Shown piece after piece: positions 48,784 to 59,579 of a stretch of 64,000 nucleotides of DNA; positions within the stretch are counted from its first letter, which is position 1; each line of letters begins with the position of its first letter. The position numbers were made by a program, and so were the translations under genes. The stretch spans positions 4,450 through 68,449 of the forward strand of contig JABHMO010000043.1 in NCBI GenBank assembly GCA_018693855.1, written 5' to 3'. Under the pieces are notes generated by a model. The model had not been told where the DNA came from, did no database searches, and was given only the letters and a program-made list of their open reading frames with translations. Source of the DNA: Candidatus Falkowbacteria bacterium. GTDB taxonomy: Bacteria; Patescibacteriota; Patescibacteriia; UBA11705; JABHMO01.

Positions 48784-49842
48784 TTAGTATATAACTTCAG
48801 GATAATAGTCAGGTAAAATCTCAATCCAGGTCGTTCCTGGATTCAAAGATATCTCTTTGTTGTTCTCATCGTAGAATCTGGTTCGTGAACTTAAATCAGG
48901 TCGTTGCCAAGTTCCGTCAACCGCGACTCCGTCATTAAAAACGATCGCTCGGCCAGAACCAACGGTTTCGTATCTCCGTCTACCATAAGAATCAATCACT
49001 TCACTATCAGTGTATAGAACCGCTATATTTTTTGCTTTGATTTCGTCTTTTTCTTCAGTTAGATGTTTACGTCCACCTTGATAACGCAGATAAGCATTGT
49101 CTTCTTGACTGTATTCCCAAACAACATTAAAATCATAAGATTGAAAACTAATCTCGATTTGCGAAGCCGCGTCTCCCCTATCTTCGATTTTTGCTTCAGG
49201 TTTATAAACCCAAGAATCAAAACTTGTCTCAATTCGCCAATCGTTTTTATCAACTAATTTGTTAATTAATTCAGACGAAGTGAACGCATTATGAGGCTGA
49301 TATCGATAAGTATTGTCTCGCCAAAAATAGTTCCCGTAAGCAAACTCATTCATGTCATAACTGTAACTGTTTTTTATAATTTCTAATGCTTCATTACTAC
49401 CGCCGACATGAACGTATAAACCATTGAACTCTTTTGCCCAGTCAACGTAGAAAGGTCGAGCTGATCGGACTGGTCCGATCTTTTTTGTCTCATCTTGAGA
49501 TGAAAAAACGGCAAGAAGTCTTGTTATCGGAATTTCAACAACTGTCTCGTAAACAACTCTTGCTTTATCCAGATTCGCCGGAGGACGAGCTTCAACATGA
49601 TTATCAATCATCACACCATAAACAAAAAACTGTTCATCATCAGACAAGCATGTCCCATCAAGATCACTCCGATGAAAACATTCGGGAATGATTTCGTTTT
49701 TAATTTCCTCAATCACTTGTCTTGCCTGATCTTTATTTTTCACAAAAACAAAATACGAAGAAACAGCCAAGGATGAAATGATTAACAAAACCAAAGCTAT
49801 TGTAAGATGTAAGTTGTTTAGAATAGTTGCATTCTTTTTCAT
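48784..49842 (-). CDS. DUF3048 (YerB-like) domain protein
   Basis: VMIDNHVEARP, ITRLLAVF, GPVRSARP, HVGGS, PGTTWIEI. Confidence 0.9.
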   Translation of the reverse strand: MKKNATILNNLHLTIALVLLIISSLAVSSYFVFVKNKDQARQVIEEIKNEIIPECFHRSDLDGTCLSDDEQFFVYGVMIDNHVEARPPANLDKARVVYETVVEIPITRLLAVFSSQDETKKIGPVRSARPFYVDWAKEFNGLYVHVGGSNEALEIIKNSYSYDMNEFAYGNYFWRDNTYRYQPHNAFTSSELINKLVDKNDWRIETSFDSWVYKPEAKIEDRGDAASQIEISFQSYDFNVVWEYSQEDNAYLRYQGGRKHLTEEKDEIKAKNIAVLYTDSEVIDSYGRRRYETVGSGRAIVFNDGVAVDGTWQRPDLSSRTRFYDENNKEISLNPGTTWIEILPDYYPEVIY

Positions 49843-50015
49843 GTTAAATGTTTTTTATGTTTGTCGTAGAAGTGTAGAAGTAACAAGGCTACATGAGGCT
49901 ATACGAGGCTAATCTATGAGGCCTCATTAATGGCCCCGTTTAGCCTCGTTTAGCCCCATAAAAAAGTGCCCTACATAAATGATATTGTAGAACACTTTTT
50001 TTATTCATTCAACTG

Positions 50016-50726
50016 TTATTCTTTTTTTGGTTCTTCTTTTTTCTCTCCGTCAGCAGCTTCACCATCTTTCTTTTCACCTTCAGCAGCCGCACCATCTTCA
50101 CCTTCTGCAGTTGCGCCTTCTTCACCTTCAGCAGGAGTTTCTTCTGCGACAACCTGTTCTTCTTCGACTCTTGGAGCAGAAACAGCAACAATAATTTCAT
50201 CACCTTCATGCAATACTTCGAAACTTTCTGGGAAAGTAACGTCCTTTACAAAGAGTTTATCATCAAATGTTTTCAATGCTGAAATATCAAGTTCCACTTT
50301 TGAAACAATTTCTTTCGGTAAACATTTTACAGTAATTTGATCCATGCTTTGGATTAATGTACCACCTAAATCTTTTACAGCAGATGAGACACCGATAATA
50401 GAAACGTCCACTTTGATCTCAAGTTTTTGACCTTCTTTGATCTGATAGAAGTCAACGTGCATTGGGAAATTTTTCACAGGTTCTCTGTCAAGAGATTTCA
50501 CCAAAACGTCTCTAGGTTTGTCTTCACCTTCGATTGCAAGTGAAATAATTGAACTTGAACCTAGTTGAGAAAATAATTTTTCAAAATCATTTTTATCTAA
50601 TTCAACTGATAGACTTCCTTTCACATCCGGTCCGTAAACAACAGCCGGTAATCCACCCTTCTGTCGAAGTGCTTCAGTTTTTTTACCAAAAACTTCTCGT
50701 TTCTTGGCTTTTAATTCATTGGTCAT
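50016..50726 (-). CDS. rplY: 50S ribosomal protein L25/Ctc
   Basis: LRQKGGLPAVVYG, HVDFYQ, acidic tail. Confidence 0.95.
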   Translation of the reverse strand: MTNELKAKKREVFGKKTEALRQKGGLPAVVYGPDVKGSLSVELDKNDFEKLFSQLGSSSIISLAIEGEDKPRDVLVKSLDREPVKNFPMHVDFYQIKEGQKLEIKVDVSIIGVSSAVKDLGGTLIQSMDQITVKCLPKEIVSKVELDISALKTFDDKLFVKDVTFPESFEVLHEGDEIIVAVSAPRVEEEQVVAEETPAEGEEGATAEGEDGAAAEGEKKDGEAADGEKKEEPKKE

Positions 50727-50862
50727 ATTTTTTAAATTTAGTAATAAGTAACGGGGCTAAACGAGGCTATACGAGGCTAAACAAGGCCAGTGAGGAAGGC
50801 CAAGTCCAGACTATGTCACTCCAAACTTGATCCGGAGTTAGACACGATAGAAAGGCCTGACA

Positions 50863-51186
50863 TTATCCTAATAGTTCCTTAACAATTCCTTCTTGGTTCA
50901 TTTTTTGATAGATTTCTAGGAAATCGTCGGCGGTCAGTGGTCCTCGAGAAAGCACCTTGCCAACCTCTTGGCTTTGTAGGTCTGTTAATACACCTATAAC
51001 ATTCGCACCATGATCATTAAAATTCACAAAAACCAGTAAACTACCTGAACATAGTTTACACTGCATGTGCAGTAAATGTCCTTCTTCACGTTCCTCAACA
51101 AGATTAATATCTGCTGGGAACTGTTTTTTCCGACAAACAGGACATTCTGATATAATTTTTAATGAATTCAAATTATCTGGAAGCAT
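50863..51186 (-). CDS. hypothetical zinc-ribbon protein
   Basis: CPVC...HMQCKLC, LTDL. Confidence 0.8.
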   Translation of the reverse strand: MLPDNLNSLKIISECPVCRKKQFPADINLVEEREEGHLLHMQCKLCSGSLLVFVNFNDHGANVIGVLTDLQSQEVGKVLSRGPLTADDFLEIYQKMNQEGIVKELLG

Positions 51187-51362
51187 ATTTTAGGTGGCTG
51201 AAGTATAACAAAAGATCTAAATTTCGTCAAATGGCTACAAATAACGAATTTACTACTAATTTTACGAATTATTCGTGATTATATTAAGAATTTTGCAACT
51301 AAATATCCCAATAAATTAGTAGCTTTCGTAGAAATTCGTTATTCGTAGTAAACTTTTTACTT

Positions 51363-52457
51363 TTACCTTCTTACTGAAACACTCTGCGCCATTCCTAATA
51401 GAACTAAAGTCACAAGCAAAAAACTACCTCCGTAACTAAGCAGTGGTAGTGAAATTCCTGTAACCGGCATTATTCCCATATTCATTCCAATATTAATAAA
51501 AATATGTACAAACAGTACGCAAATGACACCAAGCACCAAAAACATACCAAAATCATCACGTGCTTTTTTTGCGATTACAATTAATCGATAAAAGATAATT
51601 GCCCAAAGTCCAAGAATAATTGATACGCCAATAAAACCAAGCTCCTCAGCAATCACGGCAAAAATAAAATCTGTTTGACTTTCAGGGATAAACTTCAACT
51701 GACTTTGTGATCCAAATCCAAGACCTCGTCCATAAAACTGACCTGAACCAATTCCAATAATTGATTGCGTTACATTGTATCCACTGCCAAGCGGATCAAG
51801 ACTTGGATTCATGAACACAGCGATTCTTTCTTTTTGATAATCCTTCAGAACAAAACTCCAACTTGCGAGCAATATAATTATAAAAATAATAAATAAAGTT
51901 ATTAAGTACTTTTTTGGAATACCTGTTATAACTAAAAGTATAAACCAAGTCGACATTAACACAAAAGCACTTCCCAAATCTGGTTGAAATAAAACTAAAG
52001 CCACAAAAGATAAAGTAATCAATAAGCTCATGATTACATGTTTACCAGCGCTAAATCGTTGCAATCGGTTGCTAAAAAACTTCGCAAGCACCACGACTAA
52101 AACGATCTTCGCAAACTCAACTGGCTGAAAATTAATCGGCCCAACATTAAACCAACCTTTTGTACCACGAATTATTGATCCGAAAAACAGTACACCAACG
52201 AGTAAAACTGTAGCCGCGACATACAGAACTCGACTATAAACACGTAGACTACTATAGTTACTCATTGAGAAAAATAAGAAAACAAACAGACCAATCACAC
52301 CAAAAGCTATCTGTTTATTGAAATTACTAAAATCATCACCTTGCTGAGACAGACTGACACTATAGATTGCAGCCAAGCCAAAACAGAACAAAACCAAAAC
52401 AGCTAAGCTCAGTGGCCAATCAAGTTTTCGTAAATTGTCCCAGAAATTCTTAAACAT
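51363..52457 (-). CDS. rodA: rod shape-determining protein RodA (SEDS)
   Basis: FQPVEFAK, QPDLG, YQKERI, GYNVTQS, PESQTDFIF, PVTGISLPLLSYGGS. Confidence 0.93.
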   Translation of the reverse strand: MFKNFWDNLRKLDWPLSLAVLVLFCFGLAAIYSVSLSQQGDDFSNFNKQIAFGVIGLFVFLFFSMSNYSSLRVYSRVLYVAATVLLVGVLFFGSIIRGTKGWFNVGPINFQPVEFAKIVLVVVLAKFFSNRLQRFSAGKHVIMSLLITLSFVALVLFQPDLGSAFVLMSTWFILLVITGIPKKYLITLFIIFIIILLASWSFVLKDYQKERIAVFMNPSLDPLGSGYNVTQSIIGIGSGQFYGRGLGFGSQSQLKFIPESQTDFIFAVIAEELGFIGVSIILGLWAIIFYRLIVIAKKARDDFGMFLVLGVICVLFVHIFINIGMNMGIMPVTGISLPLLSYGGSFLLVTLVLLGMAQSVSVRR

Positions 52458-52461
52458 AGAA

Positions 52462-52590
52462 CGAAGTGAATTGAAGTAAATTGGAGTGAATCGAGGTAAA
52501 CCCCGCTGGGGCGGGGTAAATCGAAGTGAATTGGAGTGAATCGGAGCCCGCCTGCAACGCTATGCGTAGACATTGCGGGCAGGTGAATCG
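52462..52590 (+). repeat. 10-mer array with two nested palindromes (52501-52516; 52546-52583)
   Basis: gaagtgaattgaagtaaattggagtgaatcgaggtaaa[ccccgctggggcgggg]taaa...ggag[cccgcctgc...gcgggcagg]tgaatc. Confidence 0.75.
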
Positions 52591-52809
52591 CAGTTAAGCG
52601 AAGAAATAAGGCTAAGGCTAGTAAGGAGGCTCCCCACTATTAAGTCACTCCGGACTTGATCCGGAGTTTGGGCAGATAAAAAAGCCGACCGCACTCAACT
52701 CTATTCTACCTAAAATCTATCTATTTGTAAAAAACCTACCCTTGAAAAAAATCCAGATATCTGCTATGTTAAAAAAGTCGTTCACCAACAAGACAAAGGC
52801 AGGTGACAG

Positions 52810-53439
52810 ATGAGATGGATAGCAAAAACGCTCCTATGCATTTTGATTATCGTATTGGCTGTGCACATTGCAAAATCAGCCAAGGCAAACGACCTTTCGC
52901 TTGATGATCGGTTAACATTTCTCGAGTTTCAAGCGCCCTCATTTCAAATGCTCAACAAAGACATTCAGCGCGGCCTACTCTTTGAGATGTTTATAGCCGT
53001 CAATCAAACGTTTGAGCTCGCGGTGATTGAACAAGATGAAAACTACAAAGGATATTTGACCAGGTTAACAGACCTAGTGTCAATACTCCAAGATTCATTA
53101 CCTGAAGAACTTCGACCAAACATCAAACGTTATTTCCCTCTAAACAAAGATATCTCAATCATCTCGATTGTTGACTCCGTAAGTAAATTGCGACAAGAGA
53201 TTTTCCAAAGAATCTACTTTGATCCAGAACAGAAAAGCGCATTGTACAGTGATGATGTTTTTGTAAAGATATACGAACTTCATCTTTGGCGAAATGCAAT
53301 AATGCCAATTGCTCTGATTCCGCATTTCCAGTCAAAGTTGGCTCAACAAACAATCCGAGAATTCACAGACAGCAATTGTTTGCTGATCGAACACGAAGGA
53401 AGATACAAGATAGCCAGACAAAAAAGCTCTCGACATTGA
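52810..53439 (+). CDS. secreted hypothetical protein
   Basis: Signal peptide; TTGAAA-17-TATGTT promoter; AGGTG RBS. Confidence 0.7.
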   Translation: MRWIAKTLLCILIIVLAVHIAKSAKANDLSLDDRLTFLEFQAPSFQMLNKDIQRGLLFEMFIAVNQTFELAVIEQDENYKGYLTRLTDLVSILQDSLPEELRPNIKRYFPLNKDISIISIVDSVSKLRQEIFQRIYFDPEQKSALYSDDVFVKIYELHLWRNAIMPIALIPHFQSKLAQQTIREFTDSNCLLIEHEGRYKIARQKSSRH

Positions 53440-53469
53440 TCGAGAGCTTTTCAAATATATATTTTTTAT

Positions 53470-54006
53470 TTACAACAGTTCTAAGTGATCCAAACCAATA
53501 TAACCAACTTCTACGTCAGTCATTCTCCCGCTTTTTAATAGATCACGAAATCCCATTAAGGATATTAATGAAACTTCTGCAAACTCGGTTTTATCTAAAT
53601 TCTGTTCTTGAACTCTCTCACATTCATCAATCACAACACAGTATCGTTTCATTGTTGAATATGCACAGTCATAGACATGAGAAACATGTCTAATTAATCC
53701 TTGATACCCTGTTTCTTCAAGTAACTCTCTCTGAGCAGCTTCCTCTGGTGATTCATCTTGATCAACAATTCCCCCAGGTAACTCATGCAAAATTTCATTT
53801 GGTCCAGGTCTGTACTGTTTTACTAAAATAACTTTTTTATCTTTTGTGAATGCCAAAATCGCAGTAGCAGGCCCTTCTTTTTTAATATAAAAATCTGATT
53901 CCTGACCATCTTGCAATCGATACATTACCTTTTCAATCTTTCTACTATACTTATGAAAAATCACTTCACGAGATAGTTCCTCCCATTCCTTAATCTGCTC
54001 ATTCAT
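53470..54006 (-). CDS. NUDIX hydrolase (ADP-ribose pyrophosphatase-like)
   Basis: LVKQYRP, ELPGG...ESPEEAAQRELLEETGY. Confidence 0.92.
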   Translation of the reverse strand: MNEQIKEWEELSREVIFHKYSRKIEKVMYRLQDGQESDFYIKKEGPATAILAFTKDKKVILVKQYRPGPNEILHELPGGIVDQDESPEEAAQRELLEETGYQGLIRHVSHVYDCAYSTMKRYCVVIDECERVQEQNLDKTEFAEVSLISLMGFRDLLKSGRMTDVEVGYIGLDHLELL

Positions 54007-54051
54007 AAATCATTATAAAATTGATGATTGTAATTTGGTTATTGATTATTA

Positions 54052-54939
54052 TCACTTCAACTCCCCCGAACCATTTCCAAACCCTTTAATAACCTCAGGA
54101 TCAAGGATATTAATATCTTCAACTATTTGAATTTGCGATTTGGTTGGTAGACTGTTATAGATTGCTAAACTTTTCTCAACAATCTCGCTAGACGAGATAC
54201 TGTCCAAAACAACCTGTCTCACTCCGATTAAATTATTTTCATTATAAATAAGAACATAGAACTTGGGTGACCAGTAGTTATATGAGCTTTTGTTAATAAT
54301 ATCAAACTCTAAAAAAGTGACCTCCAACTTTTCCCCTTCTTTTTCTGTGACACTTTTATTAATCACAACATTCTGATAATCAAACTGAAGCATCTTCTCT
54401 GCTAAAGGTTCGAAATTAGAAACTTTCTTCCATTTAACATCCACAATTACTACATCAACATTATTACTTAACTTCTCAGTTGAAAAACCGATTTCAGTTA
54501 AAACCTTCTTCTGACCTGGTAAAACAAAATCTGTTTTCGTAGTTGTTCGATTATCACCAAACTCAAAATAGTAATCAAACTGTTCAACGACCCAAGTCTG
54601 ATTTGGGTTCTCTATCTGACCAACAATATCAAACTCACCTCGTGACGTTGCGATCATCTTTGTATCTTTTATAATGAGATCTTTTGCCTGACTCACTTCT
54701 GCAATTACGTCCTGATTCAAATTATCTTCTAATAGCGCGTTGTATACTTGTTCATTCTCATACTTCTCAGAAATAAAAGTTGTAATCAAACCTCTCAATC
54801 CATAGACAATAAAGAACAGAGCTACTAAACCAAGCACTGCAATAAAAATTCTTCGCAGCAACACACGATTACTGACGTACCAATATGAAAATTTGAACTG
54901 TCGATCTTTGTTTTTGTCTGAATAGATATTGTTTGACAT
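54052..54939 (-). CDS. hypothetical membrane-anchored protein
   Basis: Likely start MSNNIYS (54939); single TM; Ig-like NPN...FVLPG segment. Confidence 0.75.
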   Translation of the reverse strand: MSNNIYSDKNKDRQFKFSYWYVSNRVLLRRIFIAVLGLVALFFIVYGLRGLITTFISEKYENEQVYNALLEDNLNQDVIAEVSQAKDLIIKDTKMIATSRGEFDIVGQIENPNQTWVVEQFDYYFEFGDNRTTTKTDFVLPGQKKVLTEIGFSTEKLSNNVDVVIVDVKWKKVSNFEPLAEKMLQFDYQNVVINKSVTEKEGEKLEVTFLEFDIINKSSYNYWSPKFYVLIYNENNLIGVRQVVLDSISSSEIVEKSLAIYNSLPTKSQIQIVEDINILDPEVIKGFGNGSGELK

Positions 54940-55183
54940 AAGGTTAAAAGGTCTTAGGGAATTAGAAGTTGGAAGTTTGAAAGTAACTGTAAAAAGCGAG
55001 AGAAACAAAGAAACATTCAGGGTTCTTATTGTTAAATAATAGCACAAAAGGGGGTAATAAACAAACTTTTTTGTGAACAAGTGCTCTTCCATTTTTTATT
55101 AATTTGTGCTAAAATGGGTTTAGTTACATATACACATAAAAAAGCAATAATTTGCTTATTCTTTATTTTTACTCAAATATATT

Positions 55184-57280
55184 ATGCCAAAACCGACTAC
55201 GAAAAAGACTAAACAAAAAGACAAATCATCATACGGTGCTGATAATATTCAGGTTCTTGAAGGATTGGCTCCAGTTCGAAAAAGACCGGGAATGTATATC
55301 GGAAACACAGCTGAAGAAGGATTGCATCACATGCTTTGGGAAGTTGTTGATAATGGAATTGATGAAGCAATGGCTGGCCATGCTGACACTATTGTTGTTA
55401 AAATTTTACCAGATAACATTATCCAAGTTATTGATAATGGTCGAGGAATTCCTGTCGAAATCCACAAATCAACAAAACTTAGTGCGCTTGAAACTGTCAT
55501 GACAAAACTTCACGCTGGTGGTAAGTTTGGTGAAGGTGGAGGTTATAAAGTTTCCGGTGGTCTTCATGGTGTAGGTGTTTCTGTTGTAAATGCGCTATCA
55601 ACATCACTAAAAGCTGAAGTAAAAAGAGATGGTAATATTTATTTTCAAGAATTTAAGAAAGGTGTTTCTCAAGGAAAAGTTAAAAAACTTGGAACAATTA
55701 AAAGAACATTAAAACCAGACCCACTATATCCAGAAAAGGCTTTCTCTGCTGGAACTCAAGTCACGTTCAAACCAGACGGTGATATTTTCACTGTTCTTGA
55801 GTACCAATGGAAGAAGATTTTAACCCGACTTAGACAGCAAGCTTATCTAACAAAAGGAATCAAAATTATTGCAATTGATATTCGAGATAAAAAGAAACCC
55901 AAACAGTTTGGATTTTATTTCGAAGGTGGAGTTGCTTCATACTGTAGACATTTAAATATTAATGACAAACAAAAACACGACAACATTTTCTACATTGAAA
56001 AAGAAGTTGATGATATTAGTATTGAGATCGCAATTAAATATACAGAAGAGTATAATGAGACACTACTAGCTTTTACAAATAACATTCTTAATCCAGAAGG
56101 TGGAATGCACGTAGCTGGTTTTCGAACTGCTCTAACTAGAACATTAAACACATACGCAAGAAAAAATAACATATTAAAAGAAAAAGACGAGAATCTAACA
56201 GGTGATGATGTTCGTGAAGGACTGACAGCTGTAATTAGTATTAAATTGCCTGAACCTCAGTTCGAAGGACAGACAAAAGCTAAACTTGGTAATGCAGAAG
56301 TAAAACCTGCAGTAGAATCAGTTCTGTCAGAACAGTTAGCAATATTCCTAGAAGAACATCCTCGTGATGCTGAAGCAATCATTGGAAAAGCTTTACTCGC
56401 TGCGACTGCCAGACGAGCTTCAAGAGCTGCTCGTGAAACAATCCTAAGAAAAGGTGTTTTAGACAGTTTAAGTCTGCCAGGTAAACTAGCTGATTGTTCA
56501 TCAAAGGACAGTGAAAAATGTGAAATCTATATCGTGGAGGGTGACTCTGCGGGTGGTTCAGCTAAGCAAGGTCGTGACAGAAAAACTCAAGCGATTCTAC
56601 CACTTCGTGGAAAAATCCTTAACGTAGAAAAAGCCAGAATCGATAGAATGCTTGCTAACAATGAAGTTAAATCATTAATTATTGCACTTGGAACAAATCT
56701 TGGCGAGCAGTTCGATGTATCAAAACTTCGTTACGGAAAAATCATTATTATGACCGATGCGGACGTAGATGGATCTCATATTAGAACTTTGTTATTAACT
56801 TTGTTTTATCGACATTTCCAAGAACTTATCAAGCAAGGACATCTATACGTTGCTCAGCCACCATTGTATAGTATTAAAAAAGGCAAAAAACTTGTATACG
56901 CTTTTGATGAGGATGAACTGCAAGTATTATTAAAAGAAAACGCAGCGACAAGAAAAGAATCTTCAACAAAAAAGAAAAACGAAGAAGAGACTGACGATAA
57001 AAAAGAAGCTGAGACAGACACTGTTAACGAAGAAGAGATGACAGAAGATGAACGAGACTTGAAAGCTGCTGGAGTACAACGATATAAGGGTCTTGGAGAA
57101 ATGAACCCTGCACAACTTTGGGAAACAACTATGGATCCAGCAAATCGAATGCTAAAGAAAGTAACAATTGAAGACTGCGAAAAAGCTGATTAGATATTTG
57201 ATATTTTAATGGGCGCAGAAGTTGCACCAAGAAAGAGATTTATTCAGACACATGCGAAGAGTGCTAATTTAGATATATAA
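55184..57280 (+). CDS. gyrB: DNA gyrase subunit B, with an in-frame TAG at 57191-57193 (natural end TAA 57280)
   Basis: VRKRPGMYIG, EVVDNGIDE, EGDSAGG, PLRGK, MTDADVDG, QRYKGLGEM; conserved tail IFDILMG...FIQ continues in frame past the TAG. Confidence 0.93.
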
Positions 57281-57444
57281 ATAGTAATAATAATAATAAT
57301 AAAGACTCTACATTAGCAAACTAGTTGAACAAGTCGTAATTAGAGTATTTTTTAACAAATTATATTTACTAACTTTGGCTTTATTTAGCATAATATGGAT
57401 ATTATCCCACATTATTTACTAATCTAAAGCCTAAATAAATACAT

Positions 57445-57822
57445 ATGTCGCAGTTTGACCAGCCCCCCCAAGAGCCAACAGTAGAACAACTTATCGATCA
57501 ATTAAAAAAAGAAGCTCACTTAGCTTATCTAAAAAGCATGGAACTTGAAGATAAAAGTGGGTTGCTTGAAAAAGGTGTTTCGCCTGAAGAATTTGAAGCT
57601 TCGGAAAAAGCCTTTAAGGAACTAGGATTCAACATTGGAGACAGGGTCGAATTTAAATGTACGGGACAAACTCATGATGAATGGGTGGAAGGTGATATTA
57701 TGGCCTTTTCTGTTCATGAAGATGATCGTAAATCAAAAGTTTTAATATATGATAACTCAGGGGGCAGAGGATACTCAGACATTGACTTAATGGATGCTAA
57801 ACATAATATTAAAAAAGTATAA
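57445..57822 (+). CDS. hypothetical protein between the duplicated gyrB ends
   Basis: 125-aa ORF; FNIGDRVEF SH3/Tudor-like segment; hairpin downstream at 57833-57872. Confidence 0.7.
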   Translation: MSQFDQPPQEPTVEQLIDQLKKEAHLAYLKSMELEDKSGLLEKGVSPEEFEASEKAFKELGFNIGDRVEFKCTGQTHDEWVEGDIMAFSVHEDDRKSKVLIYDNSGGRGYSDIDLMDAKHNIKKV

Positions 57823-57967
57823 AATTACTAAAAACGCTCCAAACGGGATTAATGATCTTGTATGGAGCGTTTTATTTTACTTAATTTCATCCTAAATATC
57901 ATTAACAACAATAATTCTCATTTTTTATTAAGACTATAATGTTAAAAATGCAGAAAGAACCGACGAA

Positions 57968-58054
57968 ATATTTGATATTTTAATGGGCGCAGAAGTTGCA
58001 CCAAGAAAGAGGTTTATTCAGACGCATGCGAAGAGTGCTAATTTGGACATTTAG
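57968..58054 (+). pseudogene. gyrB: duplicated 3' fragment of gyrB (direct repeat of 57194-57280)
   Basis: 81 of 87 nt identical; all differences synonymous or in the stop codon. Confidence 0.85.
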
Positions 58055-58145
58055 TCACGTAACACATAACACGTAGCACGTAACAAAACACAAAATTATC
58101 AATAAAAAATCACCGACAAGTTTGCGCGGTGGTTTTTTGGATGTT

Positions 58146-58667
58146 TTAACCTGTTGAGATTCGGTCAGGCTTTTTGTATTCTTGACAGTCAGGACAGTTT
58201 AAACACTCTGATGGAGTAAAGTCTTGTCCGAGCTGTGAGTAAATGCTTTGAGAGATTTCTCTTTCGTAGCGCAAACAGTAGTAACGCACAATTGGCTTTA
58301 GCCAATACTGTCCTTGAATAATTTTCGCAATCAATGAATCAAGGTCATCGACATTAATAGTAATGAATCGAGTTTTTGAAAGAAGTAAAAGATGACTTCC
58401 AGATGGATAAGACCTCATCGAAAATGGAAGTTCAATGTGTCTTTCGCTAACAATGCCTTCTTCCTCACTATAAGGATTAGCATCAAATACCTCTTCTTCT
58501 AAAACAAAATCGCGTGCAATGTACACATTTTTTTCATCAATAAACAGTATCAACATTTTCTGTTCGGGCAAATAGTAACCAGAAATGAATTTTGCCACGA
58601 CAGTAGTAGAAAAAAGGTTAAACAGCTGTATCCTTTCCAATTTAAATTCTAGTTCAATCATCTGCAT
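58146..58667 (-). CDS. hypothetical protein with C-terminal Cys cluster
   Basis: ATG 58667 after AAGGAGG; YYC...ECLNCPDC. Confidence 0.7.
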   Translation of the reverse strand: MQMIELEFKLERIQLFNLFSTTVVAKFISGYYLPEQKMLILFIDEKNVYIARDFVLEEEVFDANPYSEEEGIVSERHIELPFSMRSYPSGSHLLLLSKTRFITINVDDLDSLIAKIIQGQYWLKPIVRYYCLRYEREISQSIYSQLGQDFTPSECLNCPDCQEYKKPDRISTG

Positions 58668-58792
58668 GATGTCCTCCTTGTCAATCAAAACATCTAACTA
58701 CAGCTTATCAAATCCAAAAATTGCAGGCAAGTGTAATTTAAAATAAAAACCGCCACGCGAATGCGCGTGGCGATGAGACGTGCGAGCCTGAC

Positions 58793-58969
58793 TCAACTTT
58801 TTTCGTAGAAAACAGTGTGATAGATGGTTCCACCTGGAAGAAGAATCTGCGATGAATCAACCACCTTAAAGGTCGGGTTATCGGCAAGCCATTCATTCAA
58901 CCTCTTTTCAATCGAGTTTGCCAAGTGCGGATCATTCGTGGAAAAATAGAAAACCTTCGCAGCTTGCAT
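58793..58969 (-). CDS. 58-aa hypothetical protein (Cse60-like pattern)
   Basis: Hand-found MQAAKVFYFSTNDPHLANSIEKRLNEWLADNPTFKVVDSSQILLPGGTIYHTVFYEKS; AAGGAG RBS; TTGACT-17-TAATAT promoter. Confidence 0.7.
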   Translation of the reverse strand: MQAAKVFYFSTNDPHLANSIEKRLNEWLADNPTFKVVDSSQILLPGGTIYHTVFYEKS

Positions 58970-59310
58970 GTCTGATTCTCCTTCAGTTGAATTGTCCAGC
59001 GAACAGTAGTCATTAACAAATATTACTAAAAATCAAGCAATTAGTCAATCGTTACCATGCTTTACGTCTAATTTTAGCCAAAACAATGTGCTATACTACT
59101 TTTTACTTTCTACTTTCCACTTTCCACCGACTTACCTATTGCCTTTTTCATTAATTTATACTATAATAACTTCAGATGGCCCAAGAGGGCTTTTTAAGAT
59201 ACGAATGAATACAAATTACGAATTTTATACAAATATACAAATGTACTAAGATAAGCTTAATAAATCCATTTGTAAATTTGTAACTGATTTGTAGTTTTGT
59301 GTTCAATAAT

Positions 59311-59502
59311 ATGAATATCAAAGAAAACAAATTAGTCACTTACTTAATTGAATCAAAAGCTGAATTAAAAAAAGTAAGTTGGCCAACAAAAAAAGAGACT
59401 ATTAAATACACAATTACAATTGTTGCAATTAGTGCGTTTGTTGCAGTCTTTTTCGGAATTCTAAACTTTATTTTCACAAAATTACTGGCAACAGTAATCT
59501 AA
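59311..59502 (+). CDS. secE: preprotein translocase subunit SecE
   Basis: ELKKVSWPT motif plus TM; precedes nusG. Confidence 0.95.
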   Translation: MNIKENKLVTYLIESKAELKKVSWPTKKETIKYTITIVAISAFVAVFFGILNFIFTKLLATVI

Positions 59503-59579
59503 TATTTAAATGTTCTTTTCTTGAGTTAAAAAGTGATAAGTAACTACTTACTACTTTCTACTCACTACTTTACTAGAAT

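Noticed and set aside
56940-57065. Intein or foreign insert in GyrB
   Set aside because: Only a ~40-aa K/E-rich low-complexity loop, without intein C/S...HN termini
57191-57193. Genome-wide TAG reassignment
   Set aside because: Many genes here end properly at TAG (e.g. 1065, 3385, 16261, 27955) and RF1 is intact; TGA also acts as a stop
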